From the sequence record KY014601.1: DNA of 59,024 nucleotides; one strand, written 5' to 3'. The stretch comes from Escherichia phage Utah. Shown here piece after piece: positions 54,834 to 59,024 of this stretch (within the stretch, counting starts at the first letter, position 1; every line of letters starts with the position of its first letter). The notes under the pieces were generated by a model, which did not search any database, was not told the origin of the DNA, and saw nothing but the letters and a program-made list of their open reading frames with translations. A program made the translations under genes and the position numbers.

Positions 54834-55457
54834 ATGCGTACTATTTCACTTTATACTTTTAATGAACTGTCAGACGTCGCGAAAGCAAAAGCGATCGAAA
54901 ATTACCGCGAATATAAGAGCGGCGATCAATTCGACTTTTCAGAATACAAAGAAAGCCTACGTGAATTTTGTGATGATCTATGCGTCGAGGTGCGCGACTG
55001 GTCATACGGTCTGGGCGGTTGCGATGTTCGCTACGAAATTAATCATAGTTCAGATGTGGAAGATTTATCCGGCGTACGTGCGTACAAATGGATCATTAAT
55101 AATGTTAATGCGTTTAATATGCGTCGCCGCGTTTATCGTGAATACCGTGAAGTCAATAACCACGGTTTTAAACAAAAGGCGTCTTTCGTTAAATGGGTTA
55201 GCGGGGTGTTCAACGCGTCCGACGATTGCCCATATACAGGCGTATGCTATGACGAATCATTATTGAAGCCTTTTCGTGACTTCCTGAAAAAGCCGGATAA
55301 CCGCACGATCGCGGAACTGATACGCGAATCTATAGACGGGTATTGTTCGGATATGCTCGACGAACTGGAAGGCCGCGAAAGTGACGAATATTTACGGGAT
55401 GAACTGGAAAACGGCGACACGCCTGAATTTTTTGAAAACGGCGCTATTTATAACTAA
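54834..55457 (+). CDS. Hypothetical acidic protein
   Basis: 207 aa; D/E-rich throughout (e.g. DELEGRESDEYLRDELENGDTPEFFENG). Confidence 0.5.
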   Translation: MRTISLYTFNELSDVAKAKAIENYREYKSGDQFDFSEYKESLREFCDDLCVEVRDWSYGLGGCDVRYEINHSSDVEDLSGVRAYKWIINNVNAFNMRRRVYREYREVNNHGFKQKASFVKWVSGVFNASDDCPYTGVCYDESLLKPFRDFLKKPDNRTIAELIRESIDGYCSDMLDELEGRESDEYLRDELENGDTPEFFENGAIYN

Positions 55458-55468
55458 TCGGGGGATCT

Positions 55469-55672
55469 ATGGGTCATATGTATGGCGTTATCTTGTCAAA
55501 TGGTACGCATTGCGACACGTCAACCACGGAAAAGGGCGCGAAAAATTACGCCACGCGCCACGGGTACAAGGAAGTAAGCCGCCGCCTGAATTGCGGCTAT
55601 AGCGTCGAAATCGTAGCACATCGCGCCGGGTCGAAATGGATCGCCGGGCCTGCTGACCACTCAACCAAATAA
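55469..55672 (+). CDS. Hypothetical protein
   Basis: 67 aa. Confidence 0.4.
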   Translation: MGHMYGVILSNGTHCDTSTTEKGAKNYATRHGYKEVSRRLNCGYSVEIVAHRAGSKWIAGPADHSTK

Positions 55673-55682
55673 GGGGATCACC

Positions 55683-56231
55683 ATGAAACTGAATATTACC
55701 GCGCCGGGCCTTTTCTTTAATCGTAGCGGCGACCGCGTCACCGTGGATCAAATCGTTTTAGAGAATAGCGCCGGGGCCGTCGTGTCATTCCCGGTTAAGG
55801 GGCGGATCTGGAAAATGTACCGGGGCGCATATCGTCCGCGTGAGTTTAAGATCTGGACGGCGTCGGGCAAGTTTTACGCGGGCGAACAATCCCGATCACC
55901 GTGGGATATTGTCGGCGAGGTTGTCGCGGACGATGTGCGCCCGGTCTACTGGCAAGATCTGACCGATGACCAGAAAGCGCAAGCCGCCGCCAAATATCAC
56001 AACGGTGAAGGCACGCCGGGCGATTATTTCACCTATACGCCGGATCAATTCATTGTAATTAATGGTGACGTGTACGATCTGGACGCCGACGCGTCAGTCT
56101 ATGAGGTCGAAGGGTTAAAAGGTCATGTGCGCATACTGGAAAGCTCAAAGGCGGACGGGGCCGCGCTGGCGGTGCAATGTGTGGACGGCTGGCGGGTAAT
56201 AAGCGTTTACCGCGTACAGGTGACATCATGA
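55683..56231 (+). CDS. Hypothetical protein
   Basis: 182 aa. Confidence 0.5.
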   Translation: MKLNITAPGLFFNRSGDRVTVDQIVLENSAGAVVSFPVKGRIWKMYRGAYRPREFKIWTASGKFYAGEQSRSPWDIVGEVVADDVRPVYWQDLTDDQKAQAAAKYHNGEGTPGDYFTYTPDQFIVINGDVYDLDADASVYEVEGLKGHVRILESSKADGAALAVQCVDGWRVISVYRVQVTS

Positions 56232-56449
56232 ATAAAACCGGATTTTCGGGGAACGCCGCTAGGGCCGCGATCAAGTTTACCGCGTGCGGCGCGATCGTGG
56301 TGTTTATCGGGGCGGCGGTTATTTTCGGCGACAACGTCGGGCCGTATAAAGTGTTTTTGTATACCGTCGCCGGGGGCGTATGTGTGCGCCTGATTTGGCC
56401 TACACAAGACGAAGGCGACGCACTTATAAAACGGGATGACGGGCCGTAA
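56228..56449 (+). CDS. Small hypothetical membrane protein
   Basis: ATG 56228 overlapping previous stop (ATGA); hydrophobic AAIKFTACGAIVVFIGAAVIF; 5' end contains 27-bp repeat also found at 58480. Confidence 0.4.
   Translation: MNKTGFSGNAARAAIKFTACGAIVVFIGAAVIFGDNVGPYKVFLYTVAGGVCVRLIWPTQDEGDALIKRDDGP
56233..56259 (+). repeat. 27-bp perfect direct repeat, copy 1 (TAAAACCGGATTTTCGGGGAACGCCGC)
   Basis: Identical to 58480-58506; together they flank a ~2.2 kb block containing a promoter copy and four genes. Confidence 0.85.
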
Positions 56450-56483
56450 AGGTGACGCGGCCGACGATTAAAGAGAAAAGTTA

Positions 56484-56530
56484 TTGACGCACGCCGCGTA
56501 TATCATTTATATTTAAATTCCCTTCGGGGG
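56484..56530 (+). promoter_or_regulatory. Second rightward promoter unit (TTGACG-17-TTATAT) with conserved core and UUCG stem-loop
   Basis: TTGACGCACGCCGCGTATATCAT-TTATAT then CCCTTCGGGGG; gene ATG 56575. Confidence 0.6.
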
Positions 56531-56574
56531 CCGGGGGCAATGGGGCCGACGGTTAGCAAAACAGGTGCTACAAA

Positions 56575-57735
56575 ATGACACATGATCAAATCGTTGCAAT
56601 GGTTGGAAAATATAACATCAAGGCCGATCGCGCCGTGTCTTACAACTTTGATAAATACGGTTCAACGCAAGTCGAGATCCGCGAGGTGGACGGCGGATCA
56701 TTAATCTGGCGTGCGTGGTCTTATGAAAGCAATTTCGAAAACGTGTTAGAAAGCGCGCTTGATCATTCCGGTGTGCTGAAAACCGCCGACGAAATCGCCG
56801 AACAGGAAGCCGCCGCACGCGCTCAACGCTTGCGCACTGACGCAATTTTCTTCGATGTTCACGGGTTCGAAGATGATTTCATCCTCAACCTTTCCGACTT
56901 TACCCGCGCTGAAATCGAAGCGGAGATCATCGCGATGAATGCAGAATTAAACGCGGCAAGCGCCAACGCCGACGCCGACGCGGTTGATCACGTTTTACGC
57001 TCAACAAATCCGGCGGGGGAATACGTTTATTTAAAGCGCGGTTACTGGATGTTAGATCTTGATGACGCGGAGATCCTCAACGCCCGCCCGGATATTCACT
57101 GGACAAGCCTTTACGACACGCCGATCGAATATGTGACCGTTGAGCAGGCCCGCAAGGATGACCCGGAAAGCGATTTCATCAAACAACTTAAAGCGGGCTA
57201 CGTGACCGCCCCGACCGACTACGTCGATCGCGCGTGCGCCGCCGTTGAGCGGGGAAACGTTAACGCATCGGGGATCGTGCTGCATACCTTGCGCGACAAA
57301 ATCGACGGCGAATTTTACGAAATCGCGACACGTATTAGCCCGGCGGAATATCAGCTTTATCGTGTGCGCGTTGTCGTGTCCTGCTGCATTGATGGCGCAT
57401 TTCATAATGTCATTGAACTGGATCGCGATGTGAACACGGTTGAGCACGTCCGCGACGTGGTGCGCGTCGGCTGCATGAAACAATATATCAAGCAAGCCCG
57501 CGCGACGTATACCGCGACCGGGGCCGCCACGCTCAACAATGACAAGACGGCGACCCGCATCAAGATTAAAACCGTTGCGGGAATGACGTTGATCGCTAAA
57601 ACCGAAGACGTGATTTTTTCAGATAGCGGCCTGTTTTGCTCCGCGTGGTTGATGCGTCTTGATTTGCTGGAAAACAAGACTTACGCGCAAGCCGTCACGA
57701 CGTCGCAGATCAAAACCATCGAATTCATCAAATAA
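56575..57735 (+). CDS. Hypothetical protein
   Basis: 386 aa; no motif recognised. Confidence 0.5.
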   Translation: MTHDQIVAMVGKYNIKADRAVSYNFDKYGSTQVEIREVDGGSLIWRAWSYESNFENVLESALDHSGVLKTADEIAEQEAAARAQRLRTDAIFFDVHGFEDDFILNLSDFTRAEIEAEIIAMNAELNAASANADADAVDHVLRSTNPAGEYVYLKRGYWMLDLDDAEILNARPDIHWTSLYDTPIEYVTVEQARKDDPESDFIKQLKAGYVTAPTDYVDRACAAVERGNVNASGIVLHTLRDKIDGEFYEIATRISPAEYQLYRVRVVVSCCIDGAFHNVIELDRDVNTVEHVRDVVRVGCMKQYIKQARATYTATGAATLNNDKTATRIKIKTVAGMTLIAKTEDVIFSDSGLFCSAWLMRLDLLENKTYAQAVTTSQIKTIEFIK

Positions 57736-57778
57736 GGATCATCACAATGGGTATTAACATCATTAAACTGGATCGAGG

Positions 57779-57994
57779 TTGGTAATTATGGCGGGATTAT
57801 GGTTTTTCGTTGTGACGATGTGCGGCGCGGTTGGTGCTGATAATAAGGCGGCGGATTGTCATGATTATGTGATTGACGCGGGGATCTCGTTTGACGATTG
57901 CCGCGCGTCCGTGGCGGCTTATCCGGGCCGCATTGGCTTATATTCCGCACGTTGTGACCGGGGCGAGGCGGTAGAAGGGGGCAACGATGAATAA
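57779..57994 (+). CDS. Small hypothetical Cys-containing protein
   Basis: 71 aa; hydrophobic N-terminus, four Cys. Confidence 0.4.
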   Translation: MVIMAGLWFFVVTMCGAVGADNKAADCHDYVIDAGISFDDCRASVAAYPGRIGLYSARCDRGEAVEGGNDE

Positions 57995-58238
57995 AGGCCA
58001 ATACCGCGCCGCGCGTCGCCTGATACGTGATAACGGGATCTATGCGTTGCGATGGCTGGACGATGACACCGCGCCGATCATGGACGTGTTAGCAAGCCAG
58101 CATGATGACCAGTTAAAGACAAGGGCGGCGATCGTGGCGTACAGCGCCCGCGCCGGGCTTCCCTGTAATGTGCGTAAAACGGCGTCACTTGATCTTTTAG
58201 CGCGGTACAATGACCGCAAGGCGGCCCACAATGGATAA
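57987..58238 (+). CDS. Hypothetical protein
   Basis: 83 aa. Confidence 0.45.
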   Translation: MNKGQYRAARRLIRDNGIYALRWLDDDTAPIMDVLASQHDDQLKTRAAIVAYSARAGLPCNVRKTASLDLLARYNDRKAAHNG

Positions 58239-58482
58239 GGCGCAACGCTTAACGGCTGCACGTATGGCGGCGGATCGGTATGCCGGGATCGCACGGGCAA
58301 AAGGTTTTAAGCGTCATATTGATGGCGTGACGTTTACCCGGGCTGATGCGGATCTAACGTGGGATGACCGGGCGCGCGCTTTCCGTGTGACGCTGTACAA
58401 AATGGACGGGGCCGCACGTCTTTCCGTTGCCACTGTACGCGCGAATGCGATGCTTAACGTGCTGTTAAAAGCGTTTATCTAA
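58231..58482 (+). CDS. Hypothetical protein
   Basis: Start placed at ATG 58231 (overlap with previous stop) instead of 58210. Confidence 0.4.
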   Translation: MDKAQRLTAARMAADRYAGIARAKGFKRHIDGVTFTRADADLTWDDRARAFRVTLYKMDGAARLSVATVRANAMLNVLLKAFI

Positions 58483-58506
58483 AACCGGATTTTCGGGGAA
58501 CGCCGC
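58480..58506 (+). repeat. 27-bp perfect direct repeat, copy 2
   Basis: TAAAACCGGATTTTCGGGGAACGCCGC immediately after the stop of the last right-arm gene. Confidence 0.85.
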
Positions 58507-58551
58507 ACGATCCCTTTTAACCTGTTTTGACATATTCCCCATGTATCAAAG

Positions 58552-58575
58552 GCCGCCTATCCGGGCGGCTTTTTT
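58552..58575 (+). terminator. Rho-independent terminator ending the right-arm operon
   Basis: GCCGCC-TATCCG-GGCGGC followed by TTTTTT (58570-58575). Confidence 0.7.
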
Positions 58576-58585
58576 ATTGCCTTTC

Positions 58586-58783
58586 TGATATACGCGGCGT
58601 GCGTTGCGGTGCCGTGTAGCGGGCCTATGGTGTGCCGTGTGCGATGATATACGCGGCGTGCGCATGGCGGCCCGTCCTGATTTCTTCCTTCCTGATATAC
58701 ACGACGTGCATCAAAGCGGCCTTATGTGCGCGCTATGCCGTATGGCGGCCCGCTATGGTGCTGCATGATATACGCGGCGTGCG
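58586..58783. repeat. Four direct repeats of TGATATACGCGGCGTGCG (reverse complement of the rightward promoter core), lacking a good -35
   Basis: Copies at 58586, 58645, 58693 (variant TGATATACACGACGTGCA), 58766; spacing 48-73 bp; copy 4 reverse complement matches 53710-53729 over 20 nt. Confidence 0.75.
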
Positions 58784-59024
58784 TTGGCGTTATGCGGCTG
58801 CATATGGCTATCTATTCCCCTTTCTATGGTATCCCCTGCTATATGGTGTGACGGGGCGTTATTGTATGCCCTTATTTCGACCGCTACGGGGGGTAGACGG
58901 GGCGATCGTGGTGTAAGGTATGACTACCTATTACGATCTATCTTGCGTGGCGTGGCGGGCGGCTGAGGAAGAATTACGGTCATGCTTTCAAAAAGGTACT
59001 TACCCGGCGATCGGTCGGCCCGGG

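Noticed and set aside
58586-58783. Possible CRISPR array (regular short repeats with spacers)
   Set aside because: Repeats are only ~18 bp, one copy is divergent, spacing is irregular (48-73 bp), and the repeat is the reverse complement of a promoter core found elsewhere in the genome.
58632-58966. ORFs 58632-58916 and 58784-58966 at the right end
   Set aside because: They lie entirely within the repeat array after the terminator, lack RBS, and give low-complexity translations; treated as non-coding.
1-59024. tRNA genes, integrase or recognisable defence systems (retron RT, toxin-antitoxin pairs)
   Set aside because: No cloverleaf-like or RT/integrase motifs were recognised by eye; absence cannot be proven without tRNAscan-type and profile searches.
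1-59024. Assignment to a named phage genus (overall features recall chi-like or similar ~59 kb GC-rich siphoviruses)
   Set aside because: Cannot be verified without a database search; stated only as a possibility and not used for any annotation.

Overview
The window reads as a near-complete ~59 kb genome of a virulent-looking tailed dsDNA phage (siphovirus-type, lambda-like virion module); no integrase or CI-type repressor was recognised. Everything below is from reading the sequence and ORF track by eye; no searches or structure predictions were run. Layout: (1) 1-613 non-coding with GGTTACA repeats and an AT-rich core (candidate ori/operator array), then a small XRE-type HTH gene; (2) a leftward operon with a PrimPol/SF3-helicase gene; (3) a ~38 kb rightward operon (4048-41822) carrying a replication module (Cas4-like nuclease, SSB-like, family A DNA polymerase, VRR-NUC, SNF2 helicase), lambda-like packaging/head genes (TerS, TerL, W, portal, S49 protease with nested scaffold, D-like, E-like capsid), lambda-like tail genes (Z, U, V with Ig domain, G/GT with -1 frameshift site, tape measure, L-like, J-like), three to four tandem lectin-like paralogs, a highly repetitive 731-aa protein and a lysis cassette; (4) a leftward early region (53040-41823) of ~25 mostly unknown genes (Dam-type MTase, nucleoside deoxyribosyltransferase-like, RdgC-like) split into four transcription units by a conserved promoter element; (5) a divergent control region (53041-53800) with five iteron-like repeats; (6) an AT-richer rightward operon of small unknown genes (53801-58482) and a right-end cluster of four promoter-core repeats. 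Most notable: acidic C-terminal tails ending D-[DE]-V on at least eight proteins, a conserved ~12-20 bp element embedded in six promoters and reused at the right end, terminator hairpins overlapping promoters, and the tandem lectin-like paralog array.
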